This document shows positions 50,532-61,505 of a DNA stretch of 64,000 nucleotides, in pieces. Numbering within the stretch: position 1 is the stretch's first letter; every line of letters starts with the position of its first letter. This DNA comes from Acidobacteriota bacterium (GTDB lineage: Bacteria > Acidobacteriota > UBA890 > WLXD01), in the NCBI GenBank assembly GCA_965248695.1, contig CBDFKD010000002.1, positions 2,112,001-2,176,000 on the forward strand, written 5' to 3'. Under the pieces are notes generated by a model that was given only the letters and a program-made list of their open reading frames with translations, did no database searches and was not told the DNA's origin. The position numbers and the translations under genes are program-made.

Positions 50532-51044
50532 ATGAAAGAAGGACTGCACCCGGAATACCACCCGGTCATCTTCGTGGACAGCGCCGCTGAGTTCGAGCTC
50601 GTGACCCGGTCCACCAAGACCAGCGGCGAAACGCGCGCGATCGACGGCGTCGATCACTACGTGATCCGTGTCGAGATTTCCTCGGCGTCGCATCCCTTCT
50701 TCACCGGCGAGCAGCGCTTCGTCGACACCGCCGGCCGGGTGGAGAAATTCCAGCGCAAGTACCAGCAGTTCTACGAGGCGCAGGACGAGGCAAGAGAGAA
50801 GGTCAAGAAGGTGGAGGCCAAGAAGGCCGCCAAGGCGGCGCCCGCCAGCGAGGACACCGGCGCATCCGAGGCCGCACCCAGCACCGCAGAGGCAGAGACT
50901 GAGGTCAAGGCGGCGACGGAGCCGGCTGAAGTCGAAGCCGCCACCGAGGAAGGCACCAGCGAGGAAACAGGCGCCGAGGATGCAGGCGACGACGCTGCCG
51001 TCGACGGGGACGAAGCTGCCGACGACCCCGAAGCCGAGAGCTAA
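50532..51044 (+). CDS. rpmE: 50S ribosomal protein L31 type B with long A/E/D-rich tail
   Basis: [29 protein letters not shown]; no Zn cysteines. Confidence 0.92.
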   Translation: MKEGLHPEYHPVIFVDSAAEFELVTRSTKTSGETRAIDGVDHYVIRVEISSASHPFFTGEQRFVDTAGRVEKFQRKYQQFYEAQDEAREKVKKVEAKKAAKAAPASEDTGASEAAPSTAEAETEVKAATEPAEVEAATEEGTSEETGAEDAGDDAAVDGDEAADDPEAES

Positions 51045-51089
51045 GGAGCGACGCGCCAGGACCACAGCCGTGGTCTGCGCGTTCCGACC

Positions 51090-52178
51090 GTGCAAGAGCA
51101 GGTCCTGACACGGCTTCAGGAGCTCGAGAAGCGCTTCGACGCACTCAACGATGAGATCGTGCGCCCGGAGGTCATCCAAGACGGCCCGCGCTATACCGAG
51201 CTGATCAAGCAACACGCCGAGCTCGAGCAGATCGTCAGCGCGTCTCGTCGGCTACAGGATCTCGACCGTGGTATTCGTGACAGCGAAGGACTGCTCGACG
51301 AGGCCGATCCCGAGATGCGGGAGCTCGCCGAGGAGGAGATCACCCGGCTAGGCGGCGAGCGCGACGAGCTCGAGCAAGCCATCTACCGCATGCTCCTGCC
51401 CAAAGACCCGAACGACTCCAAGAACGTCGTGCTCGAAGTCCGGGCCGGCACCGGCGGAGAAGAGGCGGCCCTGTTCGCGGCGGAGATCTTCCGCATGTAT
51501 GCCCGCTATGCGGAGGCGCGGCGCTGGAAGGTCGACGTGATGAGCGAGAGCGGCACCGGCACAGGCGGGCTGAAGGAAGTCATCGCGGTCGTCGAGGGAC
51601 ATGGCGCGTACAGTCGCCTGAAATACGAGAGCGGCGTTCATCGGGTGCAGCGAGTACCGGCGACCGAATCATCCGGGCGCATCCACACCTCCGCCGTAAC
51701 CGTAGCGGTCATGCCCGAGGCCAAGGACGTCGAGGTACAGATCGAGGACAAGGACCTGCGCATCGATCGCTTCTGTTCGTCGGGGCCCGGTGGCCAGAGC
51801 GTGAATACGACCTATTCGGCAATTCGGGTAACACACATGCCCAGCGGCCTGGTGGTGTCGTGCCAGGACGAGAAATCACAGCACAAGAACCTGGCGAAGG
51901 CGATGCGAGTGCTGCGCTCACGCCTGCACGACAAGGAGATGCAAGAACAGCAAGCCGAACGCGCTGCTGAGCGCCGCGGCATGGTGGGCACCGGCGACCG
52001 TAGCGAGAAGATTCGCACCTACAATTTCCCGCAGAACCGGGTGACGGATCACCGCGTCCACATAACGGTTCACAAGCTCGCCGAGGTCCTGGATGGCAAT
52101 CTTGACGCGGTGCTCGACGACGCCATCACCGCCTTCGAGGCGGAGCGTCTGAAGGCCGAGTTCCAGGCGGCGGGCTGA
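51090..52178 (+). CDS. prfA: Peptide chain release factor 1
   Basis: GTGGEEA, VPAT (PxT), GPGGQ. Confidence 0.97.
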   Translation: MQEQVLTRLQELEKRFDALNDEIVRPEVIQDGPRYTELIKQHAELEQIVSASRRLQDLDRGIRDSEGLLDEADPEMRELAEEEITRLGGERDELEQAIYRMLLPKDPNDSKNVVLEVRAGTGGEEAALFAAEIFRMYARYAEARRWKVDVMSESGTGTGGLKEVIAVVEGHGAYSRLKYESGVHRVQRVPATESSGRIHTSAVTVAVMPEAKDVEVQIEDKDLRIDRFCSSGPGGQSVNTTYSAIRVTHMPSGLVVSCQDEKSQHKNLAKAMRVLRSRLHDKEMQEQQAERAAERRGMVGTGDRSEKIRTYNFPQNRVTDHRVHITVHKLAEVLDGNLDAVLDDAITAFEAERLKAEFQAAG

Positions 52179-52196
52179 TGTGCCCGGCGTGGCGAC

Positions 52197-53069
52197 GTGG
52201 TCGCGGTGTCCGTGCACCGAACAGTTGACGCTGCACTGCGCGACGCCGCTTCACGGCTGCAGTCGTCGGGAGTGGACGCGCCGAGGATCCAGGCAACCGC
52301 CCTGCTGGGCCATGCGCTGCAGGTCGATCGCGCGGCGCTACTGGCACGCCTGTCGGAGACGGTGGATTCTCGCGCGGCGCAAGCCTTCGAAAGGCTCGTC
52401 GAGCTTCGCTGTGCACGCTATCCGCTCCAGTACTTGCTCGGCAGCGCCAGCTTCCTGGACTTCGAGGTTCGCGTCGGTCCCGGTGTCTTCATCCCACGGC
52501 CAGAGACCGAGCAACTCGCCGAGACGGCCCGGCAGCTCTGGAGTCCGGCCCATCCCTTGGTCGTCGAGGTCGGGACGGGCAGTGGTACCATCGCCATCGC
52601 GTTGACACGCGCCCACTCGGGATGTCGTGTGTTGGCAATCGATTCCTCCTCCACCGCGCTCGCCTCCGCAGCCGCAAGCGCAGCGGACAATGGCGTCGCC
52701 GATCAAATCACGTTCGTTCGGGCGGATCTTTTGTCTGCCGTGCAGCCGCGCACAGCGAGCACCGCTATCGGACTGCTGGTCAGCAATCCACCCTACGCCC
52801 GCTCGACGGACGTCACCCAGCCAGAGGTACGCGATCATGAACCCACGGCTGCCTGGGACGCCGGGCCGGCGGGAACCGAGATCTATGCGCGCTTGATCCC
52901 CCAGGCGGCGGAGCGACTGGTTTCGCCATGTCCGATGCTTCTGGAGCTCGGCTTCGGACAGGCTGAAGCCGTGGGCGAGTTACTCCAGCGGGACAACCGC
53001 TGGTCGTGCCCTCAGGTGGACCCCGATTTCCAGGGTATTGCGCGAGTTCTTACCGTCCGTCGCCGCTGA
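52197..53069 (+). CDS. prmC: Release factor glutamine methyltransferase
   Basis: FIPRPETE, GTGSG, SNPPY, HEP; downstream of prfA. Confidence 0.93.
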   Translation: MVAVSVHRTVDAALRDAASRLQSSGVDAPRIQATALLGHALQVDRAALLARLSETVDSRAAQAFERLVELRCARYPLQYLLGSASFLDFEVRVGPGVFIPRPETEQLAETARQLWSPAHPLVVEVGTGSGTIAIALTRAHSGCRVLAIDSSSTALASAAASAADNGVADQITFVRADLLSAVQPRTASTAIGLLVSNPPYARSTDVTQPEVRDHEPTAAWDAGPAGTEIYARLIPQAAERLVSPCPMLLELGFGQAEAVGELLQRDNRWSCPQVDPDFQGIARVLTVRRR

Positions 53070-53117
53070 GATCAGGCGCGCCCCTTCTCGACCGGCCCGG
53101 AACACTACAATCTCGTC

Positions 53118-54371
<1,254 letters not shown>

Positions 54372-54382
54372 CCGGAGGGACA

Positions 54383-54730
54383 ATGGCTGACGACTGTCTG
54401 TTTTGTCGAATCGTAGCCGGCGACCTGGCCGCTACGATCGTGCTGGAAACGGAGCACGCGATCGCCTTCGAGGACATGAATCCCCAGGCGCCGATGCACG
54501 TACTGATCGTGCCGCGCAAGCACATTGCGACGCTCAACGACGTGCAGCCGGAGGACGAATCGACCGTGGGCGGATTACTCGCGATGGCCCGCGACATCGC
54601 CCGCGCGCGCGGCCTCGACGGCGCCGGCTACCGCACCGTCTTCAACTGCAATGCCGCCGCCGGGCAAACCGTGTTTCACCTGCACCTGCACCTGCTCGGC
54701 GGCCGCGAGCTATCCTGGCCGCCGGGCTAA
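54383..54730 (+). CDS. Histidine triad nucleotide-binding protein
   Basis: CLFCRI, PQAPMH, GQTVFHLHLHLLGGR. Confidence 0.95.
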   Translation: MADDCLFCRIVAGDLAATIVLETEHAIAFEDMNPQAPMHVLIVPRKHIATLNDVQPEDESTVGGLLAMARDIARARGLDGAGYRTVFNCNAAAGQTVFHLHLHLLGGRELSWPPG

Positions 54731-54788
54731 CGAACTACGACACCGTCTTGGCAGCGCCAGCAGTGACCATCGCGACAGTGAGGACTCG

Positions 54789-55529
54789 ATGATTCGAACC
54801 GAGGAACGTAACGGCGTGAGACTGCTGCGCATGGAGCTCGGGAGCGGCAATGCGCTCGGACCCACAGCGGTTCAAGCGATTGCCAATGCGCTGGACGGGG
54901 AGCAGCGAGCCACCGTGATCACCGGGGAGGGCGGTATCTTCTCGGCCGGGCTCAACCTGGTCGAGGTGGGGGCCTTTACGCGTGAAGAGCTCTCGGCATT
55001 CGTCGAGGACTTCTCGGTGCTCATGACCCGTGCGTTGACTACACGGTATCCACTTGTGGCCGCCGTCAACGGCCACGCGGTGGCCGGTGGCTGCGTACTC
55101 GCCATGGCGTGCGATCGGCGCATCGGGACGCGCGGCGACTTCAAGGTCGGCATGAACGAGATAGCGATCGGTCTTACGCTACCTGCGGTGGTCACGGAGA
55201 TCCTGCGCGACAAGCTCGCTTCCGCACAAGCGCGGCGGGTCATTTTGGGGGGAGCGCTCTACGATCCCGACAAGGCCGAGCAGGTCGGTCTGCTCGATGC
55301 GGTCGCCGACAGCGCTGAGGAGGCCATCGATCGAGCTTGCGAGGTGGCCCGGGACCTCGGCAAATCGCCAGCCGAGTTCGCCGCCATGAAGGGAAGCCTG
55401 ACGGCGCCGATCATGGAGCGCTTCCAGCAAACGCGGGCCGCCCTGGACCGGCGCTTCGTGGACTCCTGGTTCGCTCCGCCCGCTACCGATCTGCGGCAGA
55501 AGATGCTCGAGCGACTACAGTCGAAGTAG
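54789..55529 (+). CDS. Enoyl-CoA hydratase/isomerase family protein
   Basis: FSAGLNL, AAVNGHAVAGG, GMNE; GAGGA RBS. Confidence 0.88.
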   Translation: MIRTEERNGVRLLRMELGSGNALGPTAVQAIANALDGEQRATVITGEGGIFSAGLNLVEVGAFTREELSAFVEDFSVLMTRALTTRYPLVAAVNGHAVAGGCVLAMACDRRIGTRGDFKVGMNEIAIGLTLPAVVTEILRDKLASAQARRVILGGALYDPDKAEQVGLLDAVADSAEEAIDRACEVARDLGKSPAEFAAMKGSLTAPIMERFQQTRAALDRRFVDSWFAPPATDLRQKMLERLQSK

Positions 55530-55584
55530 GGTTCGCCTGCCCCCTGGCGTCGTGGTGCCGTGAGCGGTGGCTCGGTGCGACCGG

Positions 55585-56262
55585 TCAACGCCGCGGCGAG
55601 GTTGCGGGTGTCACGGCCGCCGCGCAGGCCCATACGCGGCGCGCGCCGGCGGTCCGTAGGCAGAGCGCCGCGGCGCGCATCGTCGCTCCGGTCGTGATCA
55701 CGTCGTCTACCAGCACGACCCGCCGCGGGAATCCGACGGTCCCGTAGTTCGGCGCCACCGCGAACGCACCGAGCACGTTGCGCTCACGCGCAATGACTCC
55801 GCCGCCGACCTGCGGCGCGGTCGGTCGGCGGCGCCGCAGCAACTCGCACAGTCGGGCTTGCGGCCACGCTCGCGTCATCCCCCGCGCGATCGCACGCGCC
55901 TGATTGCGCCCGCGCGCCCACTGACGCCGCCAGTGCAGTGGCATCGGAGCAACTACGACGGGAGCGGCAGAGACGGACGCTAGCCTTGGCGCGATGGCCC
56001 GCCCGAGCCGCCATCCGATCTGCGCGTAGCCATGGAACTTCAGGCTCCGGATCAGGGATCGGCATGGGCCCGCGTACTCCAGCAGCCCGAATCCCGGCAG
56101 ACCGCCGCCCAGATCGAGCCGCCCCTCGCAGCAGCGCAGCAACCCAGCACACGGTGCGCACAGGAACGGCGCCCACGGGTTGCGCAAAGCCGGCGCTCCG
56201 CAATGGTGGCAACGCGGTGGCAGCAAACCATCGGCAACCGCGCGCAAGACCCGATCCAACAT
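55585..56262 (-). CDS. comF: ComF-family phosphoribosyltransferase-like protein
   Basis: CHHC/CAPC, PMPLH, RGRNQA, VLVDDVITTGAT. Confidence 0.85.
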   Translation of the reverse strand: MLDRVLRAVADGLLPPRCHHCGAPALRNPWAPFLCAPCAGLLRCCEGRLDLGGGLPGFGLLEYAGPCRSLIRSLKFHGYAQIGWRLGRAIAPRLASVSAAPVVVAPMPLHWRRQWARGRNQARAIARGMTRAWPQARLCELLRRRRPTAPQVGGGVIARERNVLGAFAVAPNYGTVGFPRRVVLVDDVITTGATMRAAALCLRTAGARRVWACAAAVTPATSPRR

Positions 56263-56330
56263 GATCGGGTGAGACGGCCACGGGAGTGAACCCGGTCAGA
56301 CGATGTGCCGGCCTCGCGAGGCTCCGCCGT

Positions 56331-56687
56331 CTAGCGGCTCGCCGCTTCTATGCGCTCCTGACACTCGATGCACAACGGAGCCCACGGAATCGCCTTGAGC
56401 CGCGTCTCGTTGATCTTCTCCCCGCAGTCCTCGCAATCTCCGTAGTCGCCGTCGTCCATACGTTCCAGGGCGGCATCAATCAGCAGCAGCTGAGCGCGAT
56501 CGTTCTCGGAGAGGCTGTAGTTGAACTCCTGCGTATACAGCTCGGTCGCGGTATCCGCCAGGTCCAGCGGACCGTCTTCGCCGCTATTGCGACGCTGGGT
56601 CTCTTTGGCGCGCTTGAACGCAGCGACGAGCTCACGCCGGCGCTCGTCGAGCAAAGCGCGGAACTTCTTCTTCAGGACGGCTCTCAT
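56331..56687 (-). CDS. dksA: DksA/TraR C4 zinc-finger protein
   Basis: DLAD coiled-coil tip, YGDCEDC, RLKAIPW, CIEC. Confidence 0.85.
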   Translation of the reverse strand: MRAVLKKKFRALLDERRRELVAAFKRAKETQRRNSGEDGPLDLADTATELYTQEFNYSLSENDRAQLLLIDAALERMDDGDYGDCEDCGEKINETRLKAIPWAPLCIECQERIEAASR

Positions 56688-56715
56688 GACTGGGTGATCC
56701 TGCTCCCTGAGATCC

Positions 56716-57195
56716 CTAACGATCGTACGGGTGGCCGTGAATGATCGTCATGGCGCGATAGACCTGCTCCGCCAACAAAAGCCGGGCCATGTCGTGCGGG
56801 AGCGTCATCCGCGAGAGGCTGACCACCCGGTCCGCCCGTTCGCGGACCGTAGAGGATAATCCATCAGGCCCGCCGACAACAAACACCACCGATCGCGCAT
56901 CCTCGAAGCACTGACGTTGGACCATTCGGGCGAACTCACGCGATGTCGTAGGCGCCCCGTCCGCCCCCAGCACCGCCACCCAGGCGGGCTCCAGCTGGCG
57001 GATATGCGACAGCACCCCGCGGCCCTCGCGCTCCAGCCGGTGCGATTTGGAGTAACGACCATCACGGCGCTCTTCGGCAACCGCCACGACGCAGCAGTCA
57101 CGATAGCGCTGAATCCGGCCGACATAGTCGGCCACCCCTTCAACCGCGTACGCGGCCTTGGTCTTGCCGACGCAGCAGAAGGAGAGTGCGCTCAC
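56716..57195 (-). CDS. rlmH: 23S rRNA pseudouridine1915 N3-methyltransferase
   Basis: VGK, VGGPDGL, LSRMTLPH, EQVYRA, HPY. Confidence 0.93.
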   Translation of the reverse strand: MSALSFCCVGKTKAAYAVEGVADYVGRIQRYRDCCVVAVAEERRDGRYSKSHRLEREGRGVLSHIRQLEPAWVAVLGADGAPTTSREFARMVQRQCFEDARSVVFVVGGPDGLSSTVRERADRVVSLSRMTLPHDMARLLLAEQVYRAMTIIHGHPYDR

Positions 57196-57593
57196 GCCTC
57201 TTCGGCCGGCTCACCGGGTACCCACTCCAGCAGCGGCGCATCGCGCCAGAGTCGCTCGAGTTGATAGAAATCACGCGTCGCCGGGGTGAAGACGTGCACG
57301 ATCAGATCGATGTAGTCGAGCAGGACCCACGTCGCCTCCGAGCGACCTTCTATGTGGTTCGGCTTGACGCCCTGGTCACGGAGGCACTCCGCCACCGCAT
57401 CGCCGAGCGCCTGGACGTGTCGCTCGCTTCGACCGCCGGTGATGATCATGTAGTCCGTGAAGCTCGCGGTCTGACGCATGTCGAGCACGACGCTACGCTC
57501 GGCTTTGTGCTCGTCGAGTGCCGCAAGGGCGGATGTGACCTCCGCCGGCATTGCCTTCTCGAACTGTCCGTTTTGCGACTCCGATGCGGGCAT
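57192..57593 (-). CDS. rsfS: Ribosome silencing factor
   Basis: TDYMII, WVLLDY, VHVF, RDFYQLERLW. Confidence 0.94.
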   Translation of the reverse strand: MPASESQNGQFEKAMPAEVTSALAALDEHKAERSVVLDMRQTASFTDYMIITGGRSERHVQALGDAVAECLRDQGVKPNHIEGRSEATWVLLDYIDLIVHVFTPATRDFYQLERLWRDAPLLEWVPGEPAEEA

Positions 57594-58285
57594 CAGTGAC
57601 CTGTCACCGCCTCGGCGGTCACCGCGCTGGCGACGTAGAGCTCGTGAGTCTGGATGTAGCGTTCGACCTCGCTGGTGACTCGGTAGCGAATGCTGTCGCC
57701 CGCCTGCACCCGACGCCGGATTTCGGTCGACGACAGATCGAAGTGGACCGCATCCGATAGATAGATGCGCAGATCGGTCGTGTCGGTATCGGCTTGCGCA
57801 TCGTCGCGCGTATCGACCAGACGGCTATGCGCTGCCTCGGGCAGCACCTCCCGCACGCGCTCGAAGCTGTTGTTGGGGCGTGACACGACGATGAAGCTGC
57901 AGGCCTCGAGCAGAGCTGCGTTCTCCTTCCACGTCTCGATCTGCAGAAAGGAATCCAATCCGGCGACGAAGAACAGGCGAACGTCCGGGCCGAGCTCATC
58001 GGCGAGCGTGCGGACAGTGTCGCAGCTGTAGCTCTTGCCAGGCCGATTGACCTCGAGCGCGGAGGGCGAGAACGCCGGGTTCTGCAGCGTCGCCGCTACT
58101 ACCATCGCGTAGCGATGCGTTGCTGGAGTCAGATCCGGGCGTTCCTTGTGCGGTGGCTCGTTGCAGGGCACGAACAACACCTCGTCGAGCGCGAACTGTT
58201 CGCGCATCGTCTCGGCAAGAAGCAGATGACCGAGATGCGGCGGGTCGAATGTGCCGCCGAAGACGCCCACGCGCCGTTGGTTCAA
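57593..58285 (-). CDS. nadD: Nicotinate-nucleotide adenylyltransferase
   Basis: GGTFDPPHLGH, PPHK, GLDS, LSSTEIR. Confidence 0.94.
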   Translation of the reverse strand: MNQRRVGVFGGTFDPPHLGHLLLAETMREQFALDEVLFVPCNEPPHKERPDLTPATHRYAMVVAATLQNPAFSPSALEVNRPGKSYSCDTVRTLADELGPDVRLFFVAGLDSFLQIETWKENAALLEACSFIVVSRPNNSFERVREVLPEAAHSRLVDTRDDAQADTDTTDLRIYLSDAVHFDLSSTEIRRRVQAGDSIRYRVTSEVERYIQTHELYVASAVTAEAVTGH

Positions 58286-59337
58286 TCGTCTTCCCTCCTG
58301 TCGACCGCGTCCGACGCGGCAACCACGTCTCCGTTGTCCTCCGCCACGCCAGCCGTCTGCAGACAGATCCAATCGACGAGCGCTTCGAGCCCCGTCGCGT
58401 CGGCGGCGGAAACCTCACAGTAGGCGATCTCCTCGTCTTCGGCGAGCTGTCGAAGCGCCGCAAGGCGCTCCGGCGGGGGTTCGAGGTCGATCTTGTTGGC
58501 AACCAGCACGCGCGGACGATCGAGCAGCTCCTCGCGATACAGCCGCAGCTCGTCACACAGCTCGCCGTAGTGATCGGCCGGCGCACCGTCCGCGCTTGCC
58601 GCATCGACGAGCACGGCCAGCGCCCGGGTGCGCTCGATATGGCGTAAGAAAGTCAGCCCGAGCCCCTCGCCGCGGTGGGCGCCGCTGATCAGGCCCGGAA
58701 CATCGGCAATCACGACGCGATTCCATTCACCGGTATCGAGCACACCAAGGTTGGGCTCGAGCGTGGTAAAGGGATACGCGCCCACCTTCCCCTGTGATCC
58801 GGTCAGCGAGCGCAGCAGCGTCGTCTTGCCGGCGTTGGGGCGCCCGATCAGGCCGATCGCAGCAATGAGCTTGAGCTCGAGGCGCAGGGTGCGGCGCTCC
58901 CCCGGCGATCCGGGATGGGCGAAACGCGGCGCCTGTCTGACAGCGTTGGCGAAGCGGGCGTTGCCGCGGCCTCCGCGACCTCCGCAGGCGACGCGAAACC
59001 GCTGCTCGGGCCGGTCGAGATCGATGAGCAGCTCGTCGCTGGAGTCGTCGTAGATTTCTGTTCCCGGTGGCAGGGGAATCTCGATGGGATCTCCACCGCG
59101 ACCATGCTTGTTGCTGCCGCGGCCGTGGGTTCCCGATCGCGACTTGAACAGTTGGCCCCGACGCAGATGGCCCAGGTGGTTGTAGCCGTCGTCGCAGACG
59201 AGCCACACGTCGCCGCCGTCGCCGCCGTCGCCACCGTTGGGGCCGCCGTATGGAACGTATTTCTCGCGACGGAACGACACGCACCCCCGACCGCCGTCAC
59301 CGGATTGGATACGAATGCGGACGAGGTCACGAAACAT
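58282..59337 (-). CDS. obgE: GTPase ObgE/CgtA
   Basis: Gly-rich Obg fold, GRPNAGKT, YPFTT, DVPG, NKID. Confidence 0.96.
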   Translation of the reverse strand: MFRDLVRIRIQSGDGGRGCVSFRREKYVPYGGPNGGDGGDGGDVWLVCDDGYNHLGHLRRGQLFKSRSGTHGRGSNKHGRGGDPIEIPLPPGTEIYDDSSDELLIDLDRPEQRFRVACGGRGGRGNARFANAVRQAPRFAHPGSPGERRTLRLELKLIAAIGLIGRPNAGKTTLLRSLTGSQGKVGAYPFTTLEPNLGVLDTGEWNRVVIADVPGLISGAHRGEGLGLTFLRHIERTRALAVLVDAASADGAPADHYGELCDELRLYREELLDRPRVLVANKIDLEPPPERLAALRQLAEDEEIAYCEVSAADATGLEALVDWICLQTAGVAEDNGDVVAASDAVDRREDD

Positions 59338-59412
59338 CGGGCTACCACCGGTGTCTGCAGCAGAACACCCGCGTTACCGATCGAGGCGTAAGCGTACGTC
59401 GGCCTCGGCGGC

Positions 59413-59670
59413 TCAGGCCTCGGGGAGGACCGAAATGAACTTCCCTCGATGGCCTTTGTTCTGGAACTTGACGTAGCCATCGGCGGTCGCGAAGAGCGTG
59501 TCGTCGCGCCCGCGCCCGACGTTGAGGCCGGGCTTGAACGGTGTTCCGCGCTGCCGAATGAGAATCGATCCTCCGGTGACGAACTGCCCACCGAACCGCT
59601 TTACCCCGAGTCGCTGAGCATTGCTGTCGCGACCGTTTCGGCTGCTCCCCTGACCTTTCTTGTGCGCCAT
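59413..59670 (-). CDS. rpmA: 50S ribosomal protein L27
   Basis: [16 protein letters not shown]...RQRGT. Confidence 0.98.
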   Translation of the reverse strand: MAHKKGQGSSRNGRDSNAQRLGVKRFGGQFVTGGSILIRQRGTPFKPGLNVGRGRDDTLFATADGYVKFQNKGHRGKFISVLPEA

Positions 59671-59674
59671 CTGC

Positions 59675-60478
59675 CTATCCCTCTCGTCCGCCTGCCAGTC
59701 GATCCTGGAGCTCCTTGAGCTCGTCCCAGCGCTCCTCGGCGGCTAGAGCGGCCTGCTGGGGCCAGGTCGTCGGATCGTGCGACCGGAGGCGACCGCCGGC
59801 CGTTTCGAGGATCCCACGCAAAGCTGCCTCGTCGGCAGCAGCGAGCGCGGCGAACGTGGGGATTCCAGCGTCCTTCAGGACGCTCTCGATCTTCGGGCCG
59901 ATGCCTTCGATTCGCTTCAGGTTGTCGTCGCCGGTGACCGCCGCTGCGCGCTTCTTGACAGCGGCTTTCTTCGGCGCCGCCTTGGCGGCGGGCTTCTTGC
60001 CAGCGGCGTTCTTTGGCGCCGCCTTGGCCGCGGGCTTCGCGGGCGCCGCTAGTTTCGCGGCATCCTTGGGAGTCTCTTTCTTCGCCGACGCCTTCTTCGG
60101 GGCTTCTCCGCTCGCCGCCGCCTTCTTCGCCGCCGGTTTCTTGCCAGCCGGCTTCTTGGCGCCACTCGGCGCCACGATATCGTCGATCTGCAACGCCGTA
60201 TAAGCCTGCCGATGACCGATCTTGCGACGGTAGCCCTTACGGCGCTTTTTCTTGAACGCCAGGATCTTCTGGCCGCGACCGACCTCCACCACCGTCGCTT
60301 CGACGCTGGCACCGTCGACTACCGGAGTACCGACGTGCACCTGATCATCCGCAGCCACCAGCCTGACGGTGTCGATCGATACCTTGGCGCCGACATCGTC
60401 GCCGAGAAGCTCGACGCGCACGACGTCACCCTTGGCTACCCGGTACTGCTTTCCACCTGTGCTGATGACGGCGTACAT
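59675..60478 (-). CDS. rplU: 50S ribosomal protein L21 fused to AKP-rich linker and HhH (DUF4332-like) domain
   Basis: [12 protein letters not shown]...GHRQ; then PAAKKA repeats; [14 protein letters not shown]...WPQQA. Confidence 0.94.
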   Translation of the reverse strand: MYAVISTGGKQYRVAKGDVVRVELLGDDVGAKVSIDTVRLVAADDQVHVGTPVVDGASVEATVVEVGRGQKILAFKKKRRKGYRRKIGHRQAYTALQIDDIVAPSGAKKPAGKKPAAKKAAASGEAPKKASAKKETPKDAAKLAAPAKPAAKAAPKNAAGKKPAAKAAPKKAAVKKRAAAVTGDDNLKRIEGIGPKIESVLKDAGIPTFAALAAADEAALRGILETAGGRLRSHDPTTWPQQAALAAEERWDELKELQDRLAGGREG

Positions 60479-60621
60479 CTGACCAATCCGATGGTTGGAG
60501 CTGCGAAGATCCTGGGCTAGCGGGCGGCCGGGAAGCGCTCGCGGGGGCACGCCGGCCCGCCAGGAACGCGAGCCGCCCCGACGAGACTGCGGGCGCGCCT
60601 GCTAGTGAGGCGCGAGGGCCC

Positions 60622-60651
60622 ATTGTAGGGCGAGTCTCGGTTGGCGGGCAA
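60622..60651 (-). promoter_or_regulatory. Sigma70 promoter of rplU-rpmA-obgE operon
   Basis: TTGCCC-18-TACAAT on minus strand, ~140 nt upstream of rplU. Confidence 0.6.
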
Positions 60652-60692
60652 GCCGCTCGCCCGTGCTCCTGATCCTGAGCACGGGACGGATG

Positions 60693-61490
60693 TTATTCCT
60701 CCTCTCCTCCCATGAAGAGTCCTTCCAGCGTGCGCTCGCGCGCCTCGAGCCGCTCGAAGTGACGGTTCAGCTCGCTGATCTGGTCCTGGAGAAAGTCCAT
60801 GTCGATGCGCGCGTATGAGAGCTCGTACACGAGGTTGTGCAGTAAGTGCAGCTGCGTCTCGTGACGACCCTCTAGCTGGCCGGTCATATCCGACATGTGA
60901 TCACCGGCCCAGTCGGCAGTGCGATCGATCCGCTGATCGGCTGTCTTCAGGAGGCGCGCCTCCTGAAGACCGAATGCCGTCCGCCCGGCCTGCTGCAGCT
61001 CGTGCAGTTTTTCCGTCAGCCTCCGGTCTTCCTGCCGCATCTCCTCGAGTAACTGCACGAGCACGTGCTCGAGGTTGCTCGAGCTACGAAACAAGGGCCG
61101 AAGCAAGCGGCGGAAGAGACCCAGAAGGCGGCCCTTCAACCCCGGGCTCGACGATGTGTACAGATCGCGCGCCGGGTTGATGTCTGCCAGCGACGCCCCC
61201 TCGAAGTCGACGAATGCCGCTGACGGCGGCTCACCGGCGGGCGATCGGTGCGGCACCGAGCCCGGTGGCGGCGCGATCGGCGGCAGCTTGCCGCGCACCT
61301 GCGGCATCTCCTCGAGCACGCCGTACGACATGTGGTGACGCTCGATACGCGGCCGCAGAGTAGCGCGGCGCAGCACCTCCAGGTCGCCCTCGGTATAGCG
61401 TGTGCCGGTCTTCTCGGCGATCCGCGCCTCGACCTGGGCTTCGAGCGCCGCTACGTCGATGTCGGGATCATCGATCCTGAAGCGACCCAA
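60693..61490 (-). CDS. Hypothetical coiled-coil protein
   Basis: GGAGG RBS plus TTG start; amphipathic helix LLGLFRRLLRPLF; C-terminal heptads. Confidence 0.7.
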   Translation of the reverse strand: MGRFRIDDPDIDVAALEAQVEARIAEKTGTRYTEGDLEVLRRATLRPRIERHHMSYGVLEEMPQVRGKLPPIAPPPGSVPHRSPAGEPPSAAFVDFEGASLADINPARDLYTSSSPGLKGRLLGLFRRLLRPLFRSSSNLEHVLVQLLEEMRQEDRRLTEKLHELQQAGRTAFGLQEARLLKTADQRIDRTADWAGDHMSDMTGQLEGRHETQLHLLHNLVYELSYARIDMDFLQDQISELNRHFERLEARERTLEGLFMGGEEE

Positions 61491-61505
61491 GCCTGCCTCC
61501 GCCGG

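Noticed and set aside
59940-60160. Repetitive DNA resembling a repeat array or CRISPR
   Set aside because: Degenerate codon-level repeats encoding the AKP linker of L21; no constant repeat-spacer structure and no cas genes.
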